Shown: positions 42,350-52,437, counted from the first letter of the stretch. The stretch: 64,000 nt of DNA from Lachnospiraceae bacterium (GCA_017440575.1 JAFSGY010000075.1:822-64821), one strand, 5' to 3'. Numbers and translations are program-made. The notes: a model not told the origin generated them from the letters alone.

Positions 42350-42784
42350 ATGAGTAAGAAAATTGTTAGTAGTATTTGTATGATTGCATTGGCGGTGTTT
42401 TTACTGATTGCAGCAGGTAAATCCATGGAATATTATGAGTGTCTTATGTTTCATTATCCGGATAACTTTGTAGAGGTAGAGCTATATGAAGATCCAAGCG
42501 ATTATAATCCAGAACCTGATACACGAAGGAAAAACAAGGCTGTTTATAATCGAAGATATATTTTCGAGGATAAGATATATCGTACGGATATTGCCCAGAA
42601 GGAGTTTGATGATAGATTTTTTGTCTGCGAAGATATGCCTGCTAGAGTGTATTCAGAAACAGATTTGGAATCTCCATCGAAGGATTTGGTGTTATCGGTT
42701 ATTATGATTTTTATTGCAATCATCATGTTTTTGGTAGCATTGTGTAGGATTGTGATAGAGATTTGGAGAGGGCTGCGTTCGTAG
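42350..42784 (+). CDS. Two-TM protein, candidate immunity protein
   Basis: Hydrophobic segments at both ends; directly after the putative effector. Confidence 0.55.
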   Translation: MSKKIVSSICMIALAVFLLIAAGKSMEYYECLMFHYPDNFVEVELYEDPSDYNPEPDTRRKNKAVYNRRYIFEDKIYRTDIAQKEFDDRFFVCEDMPARVYSETDLESPSKDLVLSVIMIFIAIIMFLVALCRIVIEIWRGLRS

Positions 42785-42811
42785 AGAAGAAAAAAAGATA
42801 AGGATTAAGAT

Positions 42812-43683
42812 ATAAAAAAAAAGAATATCAATGTTAATATTTTTGATAATTATATTAGGTGTTTTTAGTTTTTTTTCAGTATACAAACAGCTATAAATAT
42901 CATATGAAATAAGCGCAGTAATACCAAGCGGAAGAGAATTATAAACAGGCAATAACAGAATATGAGACAGCTATTTCTATAAAACCGAAAAAGGGAGATG
43001 TTTATGAGAGTTTAGCAAAGGCCTATTTGGAAATGGAGGAGTACAATAAGGCAGTGGAAATTCTGGAAAGTGGATATGAGAAAACAGAAGAGAAAGAATT
43101 TGCAAAACAAGTAGAGATAGTAAAAAAAATATATATTGCGGAAGAGTCAAAGACAGACACAAAGATAAGAGTGCAGGAAGAAACACAAGAGAGTCCGGTG
43201 ACAGAAATAATAATAGAGACAGAAGAGAGTCCGGCGACAGAAATAATAATAGAGGCAGAGACAGAAGAGAGTCCGGCGACAGATGTAATAATAGAGGCGG
43301 AAACACATGAAAATAAGCAATCTGGTTATATGGAAAAAAGAATTTATGATGCCTATAATAATATAAAAGGTAGTGTATCATATAGTTATGATGATGACGG
43401 ACAGCTGGTAAAAGAAGTAGAAAAGGATGCTAATGGTGATATAGTATCTTATACAGAATGGGAATGTAGTGACAGTGGATATTCAGGAACAAAGTATAAT
43501 GCAGATGGCAGTTATGCTGATACACTCTATAAGCAGTCAATGCAAGATATAATACTCAATGTTGATTATAATATCGGTAGACCAATACTTTCACCAATCC
43601 CGTTTCAGAATGGATATGTAATGATGAAAATCATTTATTTGAATTCAGAAGGTTATTTAGTTGAGTACTGGCAATATAGTTGA
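42812..43683 (+). pseudogene. Decayed TM-TPR-YD paralog
   Basis: Upstream of ORF 43027 the DNA reads LGVFSFF/QYTNSYKYHMK*AQ*YQAEENYKQAITEYETAISI, matching the N-termini of 43755 and 45149; frameshift in T8 (42869-42876), stops at 42910 and 42919. Confidence 0.85.
43180..43305 (+). repeat. Coding repeat ETEESPATEIII x3
   Basis: gagagtccgg(t/c)gacaga at 36 and 42 bp spacing. Confidence 0.75.
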
Positions 43684-43754
43684 TATATGACTTACAGAAG
43701 TCTTTCCACTAGAGAATGATAAGACTGGGAAATGTTTTAGAAGAGGACTTATAA

Positions 43755-45104
43755 ATGAAACAGAAGAAAAAACTAGCGATAGGAATTGCAATAGAAGTAT
43801 TATTTATACTTCTATTGCTTGTTTTCCTTTTTTGCTTTTATCGTTATACTAACAGTTACAAATACCATTTGGAATTAGCCCAGAAGTATTTATTAGAAGA
43901 AAATTATGAACAGGCAATTGCGGAGTATAAGATTGCTATTTCTATAGATCCGGCACAGAAATATGCTTATGAAGAGCTGGCGGATATCTATTTTGAGCTG
44001 GAAGTATATAATCTAGCATTAGAAATTTTGGAAAGTGGATTTGTAGAGACGGAAGAAAAAGGGTTTACCAGAAAAGCAGAACTGGTAAAGGAGATGTATG
44101 TTACCGCAGAAACAGAGTCTGTGGAGACAGTAGAGATAAATGCAAATACAGCTATGCAGGAAGAAGAACAGGTAAATCCGGCTACAGATATAGAACCGGA
44201 AATTACACAGCCTGAACAGGAGTCAATGTATGTGCTTGTAACTAACAAATCAAAAGAAGAAGTAGAGAAGTATGCAAAAGAAATTAAGCAGCTCTTTTTG
44301 GAGCGCAGATGGAATCATCTTGCGGAGGAAATATCCTATCCAATAGAAATTGATGGTACAACATATGCGTCTTCAGAGGATTTTATACAGGCTGATTTTG
44401 AGAATAAGTATGATATTGCATTTATACAAGCGTTGGAAGCGGAAACCTGCGAATCTATGTATTGTGATAGCAATGGTATTCGTTTGGGAAATGGTGAAGT
44501 TTGGAGTGCTGAGGTCGAAAATGCATTAAAAGTGACAGATATTCATGGACATGTAGATGAAAATAAACAATATGCAGAGATGCAGGAAGAAGTACCGATT
44601 GTACAAGGAGAAATTCAGGTAGCACAAGGAGAGGTGCCGATTGTACAGGAAGAAATGCAGGTGGAACAGGAAGAGACACAGGAGTCAGAGCAAGCCTTGG
44701 TATCCTCATACGGAAATAAATTATGGAGAAAAACCATAGAATATCATGCAGATGGCAGCATAGAAAGCTGGACAGAGTACATCTATTACAGTGATAGGAA
44801 TATAATGAAAGAAGTGACGTATGACTCAAGTGGTAATGTGTTGTATTATACATAGTTTAGTCCTTACGACAGTGAGTCAAAAAGCTCACTCGGTATAGCA
44901 TATAATGCAGATGGAAGTTATCGCTCAAATGTGAGTAGTAATCCTGAATGGCGATATAGCACTTTCACAGAATCTGTTTCCTCGGTAGGTACGAAGGATG
45001 AGATTACTACCAAATATTATTATGATAGTGATGGAAATAGGCTAAAAACGATAGACTATGATATTGATGGTAATATGGTAGGCTGGTGTGAATATATTTA
45101 TTAG
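43755..45104 (+). pseudogene. TM-TPR-YD repeat protein interrupted by an in-frame TAG (ORF 43755-44855 intact up to it)
   Basis: After TAG 44853-44855 the frame stays open for 82 codons of YD-like sequence (YYYDSDGNRLK..YDIDGNMVGWCEYIY). Confidence 0.75.
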
Positions 45105-45148
45105 CAAATAATCTATACATATAATAAGATATAAAATGAGGACTACAT

Positions 45149-46384
45149 ATGAAGAAAAAAATAGCTTGGTTTACAGGCATTGTAGCACTAGTGCTATTGA
45201 TAATTATAATAGGTGTTTTTACCTTTTTTCAGTATACGAATAGCTATGAATACCATATCAAATTAGCACAGAAATACTTATTGGAAGAGGATTATGAACA
45301 GGCAATTGCCGAATACAAGATAGCGATTGCTATTGAGCCTTTACAGAAGTATGCATATGAACAGCTGGCAGATATCTATGAAGAGCTTGAAGAATATGAT
45401 AAAGCGTTAGATGTTCTGGAAGAAGGGTATGAGGAAACAAATGCAAGTAGTTTGGTTAGAAAAGCAGAGCTTGTAAAGGAAATGTCTGCAACAGAAGAAG
45501 AGAACATTGCAGAAACAGTAACAGATATGCAAGTGCTACAGGAAAACGAAACGCAGCAGGAAAACATAACTGTAGCCGTAGAGGAACAACCAAAAGAGGA
45601 GAAAAAAGAGCATTTACTGATTAACATGGTACAACATAACCCCAATTTGGGTATAGACTGGTTGACAGACTACGTTTACAATCAGGAAGGGGAGTTGTTA
45701 AAAGAAATCAGATATAATTCCAATGATGCTAGCCTTGGACAAAAAGAGTATAGTTATGATGAGAAGGGAAATCTAATTGAAGAGATCGAATATGATTCGG
45801 ATGGCAATGTGGGTAGTCGAAAAGAGTATATCTACGATGATAAAGGGAATTTAATCAGAGAAGTGGATGATGAATACTCGTTAAATGAGTATGTTTATGA
45901 TACTCATGGAAATCGAATCAAAGAAACAAGTTATATTGATGGAGAACTATCAGAAATCTCAGAATATCGTTATGATAGTGAAGGAAAACGAATAGGCGGA
46001 ACCTACTATGAACCTGATGGAAGTGTAGGTGGAACCTATGAATACTATTATGATGATAAGGGAAGAGAATGTAAATATAAGAAGATTATGAGCTGGGGAC
46101 AATTAGTGAATGAGCGAGAGTACGTTTATGACAGTGCTGGAAATATATACAAAGTGATAACTTACCCTCCGGATATGGGGAAGGAATATATTTATGATAA
46201 TGAAAACAAACTAATAAAAGAGATTGATTATGGTCTAGGAACCATGATGGGGTGGACAGAGTACACTTATGATAGTTATGGAAATTTAGTAAAAGAAGAG
46301 AAATATAATTTGGATGGCAGTATAGGTGCATGGACGGATTATGCATATGCTATCAACGAGGAGCAATCCATACCTAATAATTAA
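45149..46384 (+). CDS. TM-TPR protein with YD (Rhs-like) repeats
   Basis: TM, LAQKYLLEEDYEQAIAEY; about nine EYxYDxxGNLIxE repeats. Confidence 0.88.
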   Translation: MKKKIAWFTGIVALVLLIIIIGVFTFFQYTNSYEYHIKLAQKYLLEEDYEQAIAEYKIAIAIEPLQKYAYEQLADIYEELEEYDKALDVLEEGYEETNASSLVRKAELVKEMSATEEENIAETVTDMQVLQENETQQENITVAVEEQPKEEKKEHLLINMVQHNPNLGIDWLTDYVYNQEGELLKEIRYNSNDASLGQKEYSYDEKGNLIEEIEYDSDGNVGSRKEYIYDDKGNLIREVDDEYSLNEYVYDTHGNRIKETSYIDGELSEISEYRYDSEGKRIGGTYYEPDGSVGGTYEYYYDDKGRECKYKKIMSWGQLVNEREYVYDSAGNIYKVITYPPDMGKEYIYDNENKLIKEIDYGLGTMMGWTEYTYDSYGNLVKEEKYNLDGSIGAWTDYAYAINEEQSIPNN

Positions 46385-46403
46385 AGGAACAAGGAGATAA
46401 AAT

Positions 46404-48545
46404 ATGTTTTGTGAAAATTGCGGTACACAGTTACAGGAGGGAACGAGATTCTGCACGAAATGTGGACAACCTGTGATGCAGAATATTCCAACCTATGAGA
46501 TAGTAGATACGCAAGGGCAGCAGACCTCAGTACGATCAAACAGGAAATTATTAACCGGCATTGTGATAGCAATGTCGGCTATTGTTGTTGTACTGGTGGT
46601 TGTGATAGTGTCCTTATTGGTCTTGACAAAAAAGCAGGAAGTGGAGATGGCACGGACAACCGTTGTGCAGCATAGTCAAGAGGACAAGGGTGAGAAAGAA
46701 ACGGTGGAAGAAAAGAGCGTAGAAGAAGTGGCGCCATCGCAGGAGACGGTAGTGGAAGAAATGACTGTGCAGGAAGAGACAGTGGTAGAAGAGACTTCTG
46801 TGGCACAGGAAACGACAGAGCAAAGGACCATTACGGATGCGGTATATCAGACACTTGCACCAGCAGAGCAGGTTATGGCAGATAAGATAGAACAGATAAA
46901 TGGTGCCAATTATTCCTTACCGACTATCAATGTGTATGAAGAGAATTATACACCGGGCGTAAGAGATTATAACGGCACATGGGATAGCAGGGTATTTTAT
47001 CAGGTAGAAGGCATTGTGAATCAGTCGGATTATTATAATAAAAATAACTGTATTCTGGTAAAAAAGCAGTTGTGGACAGCAGCAAGCAGAAATCAGATAG
47101 ATTATGAGATTTATTTGAATCCTATGACAGGCAGACCAAATAAGATAATCAGCTTGGAGTATCTTTTTGATGGTATGGAAATAACGGAGTATTACTATAC
47201 GAATGAGGGTACGATTAGCTTTATTTTTCAATATTATACGGATAATTATATTTCATCTTATGCAACACCAAGTATGTCGGGAAATCGTTTTCTTTTTCAT
47301 CAAGATAGCATGGTCACTTGGAGAGTTATTGAGTTTGGAACAACGACAAACTATGTGTTGGGAGCGCCAGAGGCGAACCGTATGAAGAATCAGTTTCCTG
47401 CTAATACCATGCAATACTATAATAATATGACAGATGATAAGCGAAGTGCTTTTGATGAGATGGAAAAGAAAATGATTAATGCCGCTTACAATACATATTA
47501 CAATGTAATGAATGCGCAGGGAGTTGCATTAATTCAAGGTTACGTAAATAACGCAGATGGTGTTGGAATCGAGGATGCAGAGGTAGTGTTATTTGCACAT
47601 GATTTTACATCACCTCTCTATCAGGCTTCTACAGATAGCAGTGGAAAATATTATATTTATGTTCCAAATGAAGATTATGATTATAACATGAGAATCAGTA
47701 AAAATGGTTTTTCAAATAGTGATATATATGATATTGCCATGAGCAATGAACAGGTGGAGGCATCGCAGGACACCGTATATTTATTTACTCCTGATATGGG
47801 AAATGCAGATGTAGAGCTAAAGCTTGGAGATGCCTTAAATTATGCAGCTGATGGAACATCTATGGAGGCGCTGAATAATGCCAATATTTATGTTAGAAAT
47901 GGTCTGAATAATAAAATGGGACAGGTAATTCATCAGGCACAGTCAGATGGTAACGGAAGTGTAACAATGAGCCTTGCGCCGGGAATGTATACTGTGGAAG
48001 TAGTTTCTGCAGGTTTTGAAAATATGTATTACAATATTCAATCTAATCCGAAAAAAACGCAGAATTTCTATGAATTTTATGCAACACCGGATTTGGAAGA
48101 AGGAGAAATCCGTATTGTCTTGACTTGGGGACAAACTCCGAGAGATTTAGATTCGCACTTGTTTACTATCACGGGTAATACTACGGATCATATTTGGTAT
48201 GGAGATAGATATGATATCAATGGAAGCAATCTGGATGTAGATGATATCAGTTCCTATGGACCGGAAACTGTTACGATACCGAGCTTTTCAAATGATAACT
48301 ATTATAAGTATTGTGTAACGGATTTTACAAATTGTGCAAGCGGCAATTATAATAGTAAGGAAATGTCTTATTCAGATGCTTGTGTAAATGTTTATGGTTC
48401 TAGCGGATTGATAGCTACCTTCCATGTTCCGGCAGCTCGAGAAGGGGTTATCTGGGAGGTTTTTGAAATCAGAAAAGGCGATATTACACCAATCCAAAGG
48501 TATTATAATAATGTTGAGGATAAGAGTTGGTGGTCTCATGAATAA
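46404..48545 (+). CDS. Zinc-ribbon single-pass protein with carboxypeptidase-regulatory-like and YfaP/DUF2135-like domains
   Basis: FCENCG..FCTKCG, TM; IQGYV..ADG.GI..A.V.L, TDSSGKY; RIVLTWG..RDLDSHL, LDVDD..YGPETV. Confidence 0.8.
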   Translation: MFCENCGTQLQEGTRFCTKCGQPVMQNIPTYEIVDTQGQQTSVRSNRKLLTGIVIAMSAIVVVLVVVIVSLLVLTKKQEVEMARTTVVQHSQEDKGEKETVEEKSVEEVAPSQETVVEEMTVQEETVVEETSVAQETTEQRTITDAVYQTLAPAEQVMADKIEQINGANYSLPTINVYEENYTPGVRDYNGTWDSRVFYQVEGIVNQSDYYNKNNCILVKKQLWTAASRNQIDYEIYLNPMTGRPNKIISLEYLFDGMEITEYYYTNEGTISFIFQYYTDNYISSYATPSMSGNRFLFHQDSMVTWRVIEFGTTTNYVLGAPEANRMKNQFPANTMQYYNNMTDDKRSAFDEMEKKMINAAYNTYYNVMNAQGVALIQGYVNNADGVGIEDAEVVLFAHDFTSPLYQASTDSSGKYYIYVPNEDYDYNMRISKNGFSNSDIYDIAMSNEQVEASQDTVYLFTPDMGNADVELKLGDALNYAADGTSMEALNNANIYVRNGLNNKMGQVIHQAQSDGNGSVTMSLAPGMYTVEVVSAGFENMYYNIQSNPKKTQNFYEFYATPDLEEGEIRIVLTWGQTPRDLDSHLFTITGNTTDHIWYGDRYDINGSNLDVDDISSYGPETVTIPSFSNDNYYKYCVTDFTNCASGNYNSKEMSYSDACVNVYGSSGLIATFHVPAAREGVIWEVFEIRKGDITPIQRYYNNVEDKSWWSHE

Positions 48546-48649
48546 TAATTCAAATTGGTTTAGATGATTTGCTTGGAAGAAATAAATGTGTTATTGTATA
48601 GAAAGTATTTGAAAGTATTCTTTTGATAAATAAGATGGAGGAAATAAAA

Positions 48650-50152
48650 ATGAAATGTCCGAAGTGTCAAAATGAGATTCGTAATAATGCGAAATTTTGT
48701 ACTATGTGTGGTTGTGATCTTGCAGCAGCAATGGCAAATCCGATAAATAAGCAGGTTCAGCCGATTCAGTCTGCAACTTGCGTGAAGTGTGGAGGTGCAT
48801 TGATGCCAGGAGCAAAGTTCTGTACCAAGTGTGGAACACCTGCTACACCAGTGGAGTCAAACAAACCGGATACAAAGACAGTATTTATACATGATCAGAA
48901 TAGAAATATTGGAAATCCCCCGATATCTAATGTAGATGTTCCGATTCATCCGGATCCTGCTCCACCAAGATTTGATATTGTACCACCGGAGCCAGATAGT
49001 AAAAAGAAAGGAAGGCAGAAAGCAGAACAGAAACAGCCAAAACAAGCCTCTGAGAAAGAGGGCAGTGTTGTTGGCCTGGTAATTGCGGCAGCAGCTTTGG
49101 GAGTATTGGTGATTGCATCTGCTGTAGTATGTTTTTTGATATGGAATGGAACAATTTCTTTACCGAGTATGAGTAGAGATACAGAACTTGTAAGTGAGGA
49201 AAGTACAGAAGAGACAACAGAAAGTGTCACAGAAGAAGAGGAAGAAATAGAAATTAATGTAGATGAATTATTTGCTGAGGCAGATACACTACTTACAACT
49301 GGAAAAAGTCAGATATCTGTCGATGCAGAAATTGTAAATGGTATGAACAATCTTAGTGCGGCAATCGATCAGTTTGTGGCAAAAGCCGAAGAAGTAGGAG
49401 ACGCAAGTCTTGCTGCTGATGGCGTTACAGAAGCGTATACTTCTTATGTAACAGCAGTAATCAGACATAAGGATATGCTTAATAGCTCTACCCTTTCTGG
49501 TGCTATATATGCTCAGGTTATGATGGAAATAAATGATGTAGTTGATTTAGGAGATGAACTGATAGCAAAAGGATATTCTATAGATACTGCTTCCTTGATT
49601 GCTGTAAGAGATGAATTTGATACAACATATACAAGCAAGATAATCAATACATTTAATGAGTTTACAAGCAGAGCAACATGGTCCAGAACAGAATCATGGA
49701 ACTTGATGTCAGCAACGGCAGATAATATGTTTGATCCTTCAGACCTTGATAATCCTGTTAGACTGCGTTACGCATATGCTCTCGCATGGTGGACACAGAA
49801 ACAGATAGAGACGGAAATGAACAGCGGAACGATAACCGCAAAAGGTGCCGCTATTAAAATTGCTAACTTAATAGATGTTATGGATTATAATCCGATGATG
49901 ATTCATTACTATATAACATATATGGAAGAATTTGGAGAGGATTGTACAGAAGTAGCAAGTGCATATAATGATATAGTAGAGCATCTTGCTCAGACACAGG
50001 GAATCCGAATAGGTGAAGACATACCTTTGGATCATTTCTGGTATTTTAATGATTTTGGTACATATTCTGTAGACAGTACTAATGGTGTTACTCCTGAGAA
50101 TCGCCAATGGATAAGAGATCGTATGAGTTCAGTAGTATTTACGAAACAGTAA
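48650..50152 (+). CDS. Double zinc-ribbon single-pass protein
   Basis: Four CxxC(G) motifs, Pro-rich linker, TM, helical ectodomain; ATG 48650 after GGAGG. Confidence 0.8.
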   Translation: MKCPKCQNEIRNNAKFCTMCGCDLAAAMANPINKQVQPIQSATCVKCGGALMPGAKFCTKCGTPATPVESNKPDTKTVFIHDQNRNIGNPPISNVDVPIHPDPAPPRFDIVPPEPDSKKKGRQKAEQKQPKQASEKEGSVVGLVIAAAALGVLVIASAVVCFLIWNGTISLPSMSRDTELVSEESTEETTESVTEEEEEIEINVDELFAEADTLLTTGKSQISVDAEIVNGMNNLSAAIDQFVAKAEEVGDASLAADGVTEAYTSYVTAVIRHKDMLNSSTLSGAIYAQVMMEINDVVDLGDELIAKGYSIDTASLIAVRDEFDTTYTSKIINTFNEFTSRATWSRTESWNLMSATADNMFDPSDLDNPVRLRYAYALAWWTQKQIETEMNSGTITAKGAAIKIANLIDVMDYNPMMIHYYITYMEEFGEDCTEVASAYNDIVEHLAQTQGIRIGEDIPLDHFWYFNDFGTYSVDSTNGVTPENRQWIRDRMSSVVFTKQ

Positions 50153-50156
50153 TGAT

Positions 50157-51284
50157 ATGAAAAGAAGAATGAACAGAAAAAATCAGAAGAGCATTTGGAT
50201 AATCGGTGCATTATCCAGTGTTCTTCTAGCAATTTTAATATTTATAGGAATAAGATTGCAAAAACAAGAACCGGATGTCTACTATTTCGAGGAAGAAATG
50301 TCTTCTGAAGAAACTGATGATGAGATGAGTGAAACGGCAGAGGAAGCGGAGACGTTACAGGAGGATGAGGAAGTTTCTACTCAGCCAGAGGAAATCATAT
50401 ATCCGGAGCCAGAGTATGAGTTTGCTACAGAAGAAGTGACACTTGCGATAGAAGGACTTGGCAGAGAGTATACCATCGCCTGGGTAAGTGATTTGCATTT
50501 AGTCAGTGACCATGAAGCAGGAGAAGAACTAGGCGACGTACATGGAGAATATCTTGATGCTATTAATAAGCGTTATGAGGAAATGGCAGTGACTTCTGAT
50601 GGAGTTCATGCTGAGGAGCTATGGCCGGAAATTGTAAAATATCTTAATTACAATGACTTTGATGGCATTATATTTGGCGGAGATATGATGGATTATTGTA
50701 GTAACTCTAATATAGAAATAATCAAAGAGGGACTGGATAGTTTGCATGTTCCATATATATATGTTCGTGCGGATCATGATTATGGTGCTTATTACGGAGG
50801 TGTGTTCTTCACCGAAACAGAGGCAAGAGAGCTTCATAAGACAATAGATGGTGATGAAATATCTTATAAATTCTGGGATATGGGTGAGTTTATTGTGTTG
50901 GGCATAGATAATTCAACAAAAGATATGCCGGAGTATTATTTGAATATGGTAGCAGATGTGTATACCCGTGGAAAGCCTGTAATTATGGCAACACATGTAC
51001 CATATGAGTCCAAGGTAGATAATTCTTTGGCGGAGCTTTCTATGCAAGTACGAAATACGATATATTATTGGAGTGATGTAAGCAATCATTATAAGCCCAA
51101 TGTTATTACTAGACAGTATTTGGATTTAATATATAGTGAAGATACCGTAGTAAAACAGGTTCTGTCAGGTCATATGCATGCAGGATGGGATGGAATGATT
51201 ACACAGCAGGTGTCTCAGCACGTGTTTAACCCTGCATACCTTGGATATATCGGTATTATTCATGTAGTTCCGGCAAGTGAGTAA
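50157..51284 (+). CDS. Membrane-anchored calcineurin-like metallophosphoesterase
   Basis: SDLH, GGDMMD, RADHD (GNHD variant), THVP, SGHMH; N-terminal TM. Confidence 0.88.
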   Translation: MKRRMNRKNQKSIWIIGALSSVLLAILIFIGIRLQKQEPDVYYFEEEMSSEETDDEMSETAEEAETLQEDEEVSTQPEEIIYPEPEYEFATEEVTLAIEGLGREYTIAWVSDLHLVSDHEAGEELGDVHGEYLDAINKRYEEMAVTSDGVHAEELWPEIVKYLNYNDFDGIIFGGDMMDYCSNSNIEIIKEGLDSLHVPYIYVRADHDYGAYYGGVFFTETEARELHKTIDGDEISYKFWDMGEFIVLGIDNSTKDMPEYYLNMVADVYTRGKPVIMATHVPYESKVDNSLAELSMQVRNTIYYWSDVSNHYKPNVITRQYLDLIYSEDTVVKQVLSGHMHAGWDGMITQQVSQHVFNPAYLGYIGIIHVVPASE

Positions 51285-51317
51285 TATAAAACACAATCAA
51301 GTATAAGGTAAAGAATA

Positions 51318-52385
51318 ATGAAAATTGGGAAGAAAAGTATTTTGCTATTCTTGAGTATTATTAGCTGCTGTATGCTGAAGCAAACTCTAGTAATGGCGGA
51401 GGAGTATTCGGAATGTGTTCAGCCACAAGATAAGCAGGAGTTGTCTGTCCTAGAGGAGACAGATACAAGTATTGTTTATGATATGGGAATGGTTCCTGCT
51501 ATTGAGTTGTCCGTAAGTACTCTTGTGTTTGAAAATCCAACAAATTCATACTCAACATTAAAAACTCCTGCTCAGATAGTACGTCAGGGAGAGAATTACT
51601 TTATTGTAGACTGCTATCATAATCAGATATTATATAGCAGAACCTTGGAAACACCTGTCAAAAACTGGAAAGTGATGACAAATGACGTTAGCTTGCCACA
51701 TTCCATTGATAGTGATGGAGAGGCTTATTTGGTTACGGATACCGAGAATAATCGTGTTCTTGTTTTTGAATGGAGGAGTGGAAGATTTCAAAATACGCAG
51801 TGTTTGAATGATATAGGTGTGCGCCCTCACTACATTGAGTATGATGAACAGACGCAGTCATTTTTTGTCTGGAGCTCCATGACCGGTGAAATGTACGTTA
51901 TGAAACGTGAGCCGCATACAGGAACCGTATGCATACAGGAAATACGTAAGGTAAAAGAGTTAGCTGATTTTTATGTTCGTTCTTTTACTATTGCAGGAGA
52001 TCAGATTTTATTTCCGTCTGGAAATAATGGCTATATGCTTATGGTAGATAAGAAAACATTTGAAGTGCAGGCAAGATTTCCGGTAACCGAGGAAATTGCC
52101 GGGATGGCATTTGTACAACCGATAGGGAGCTATTTTTACATGACGATATCGTCAGATTTAAGCTATGACCAGAGTAAGGCTACCATGATTCGAACAAAAG
52201 ATTTAAATTCTTTGCAAAATGGTAAATATGAAAATATATATGATGAATTTCCAACAGATGGAATACCGTATTATATTGATTATATCAATGGTTTATACTA
52301 TATGACAAATCACAGTAGCGAAAAGAGTATTTGGAGATTTGCAGTTGAAAATAATGAAATCGGTTATGTAGGCTCTTTATATTAA
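51318..52385 (+). CDS. Secreted beta-propeller (NHL-like) protein
   Basis: Signal peptide; PHSI...YLVTDTENNRVLVF and YFIVDCYHNQI blades. Confidence 0.65.
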   Translation: MKIGKKSILLFLSIISCCMLKQTLVMAEEYSECVQPQDKQELSVLEETDTSIVYDMGMVPAIELSVSTLVFENPTNSYSTLKTPAQIVRQGENYFIVDCYHNQILYSRTLETPVKNWKVMTNDVSLPHSIDSDGEAYLVTDTENNRVLVFEWRSGRFQNTQCLNDIGVRPHYIEYDEQTQSFFVWSSMTGEMYVMKREPHTGTVCIQEIRKVKELADFYVRSFTIAGDQILFPSGNNGYMLMVDKKTFEVQARFPVTEEIAGMAFVQPIGSYFYMTISSDLSYDQSKATMIRTKDLNSLQNGKYENIYDEFPTDGIPYYIDYINGLYYMTNHSSEKSIWRFAVENNEIGYVGSLY

Positions 52386-52390
52386 TGAAT

Positions 52391-52437
52391 AAAGTCTCCC
52401 AAAGTTCGTTGAAGAAAATGAGCTTTGGGAGATTTTT
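52391..52437. terminator. Bidirectional terminator between convergent genes
   Basis: aaagtctcccaaagttc ... gagctttgggagatttt. Confidence 0.75.

Noticed and set aside
42812-42880. Phase-variable homopolymer switch (A9, T8)
   Set aside because: Two in-frame TAA stops follow, so slippage alone could not restore the gene.
45149-46384. Rhs polymorphic toxin
   Set aside because: Only about nine YD repeats, membrane anchored, no PxxxxDPxG cleavage motif and no C-terminal toxin domain.
50157-51284. Cognate protein phosphatase for the Ser/Thr kinase
   Set aside because: The catalytic domain follows a basic N-terminus and TM, so it is probably extracellular, and it is not PP2C-type.
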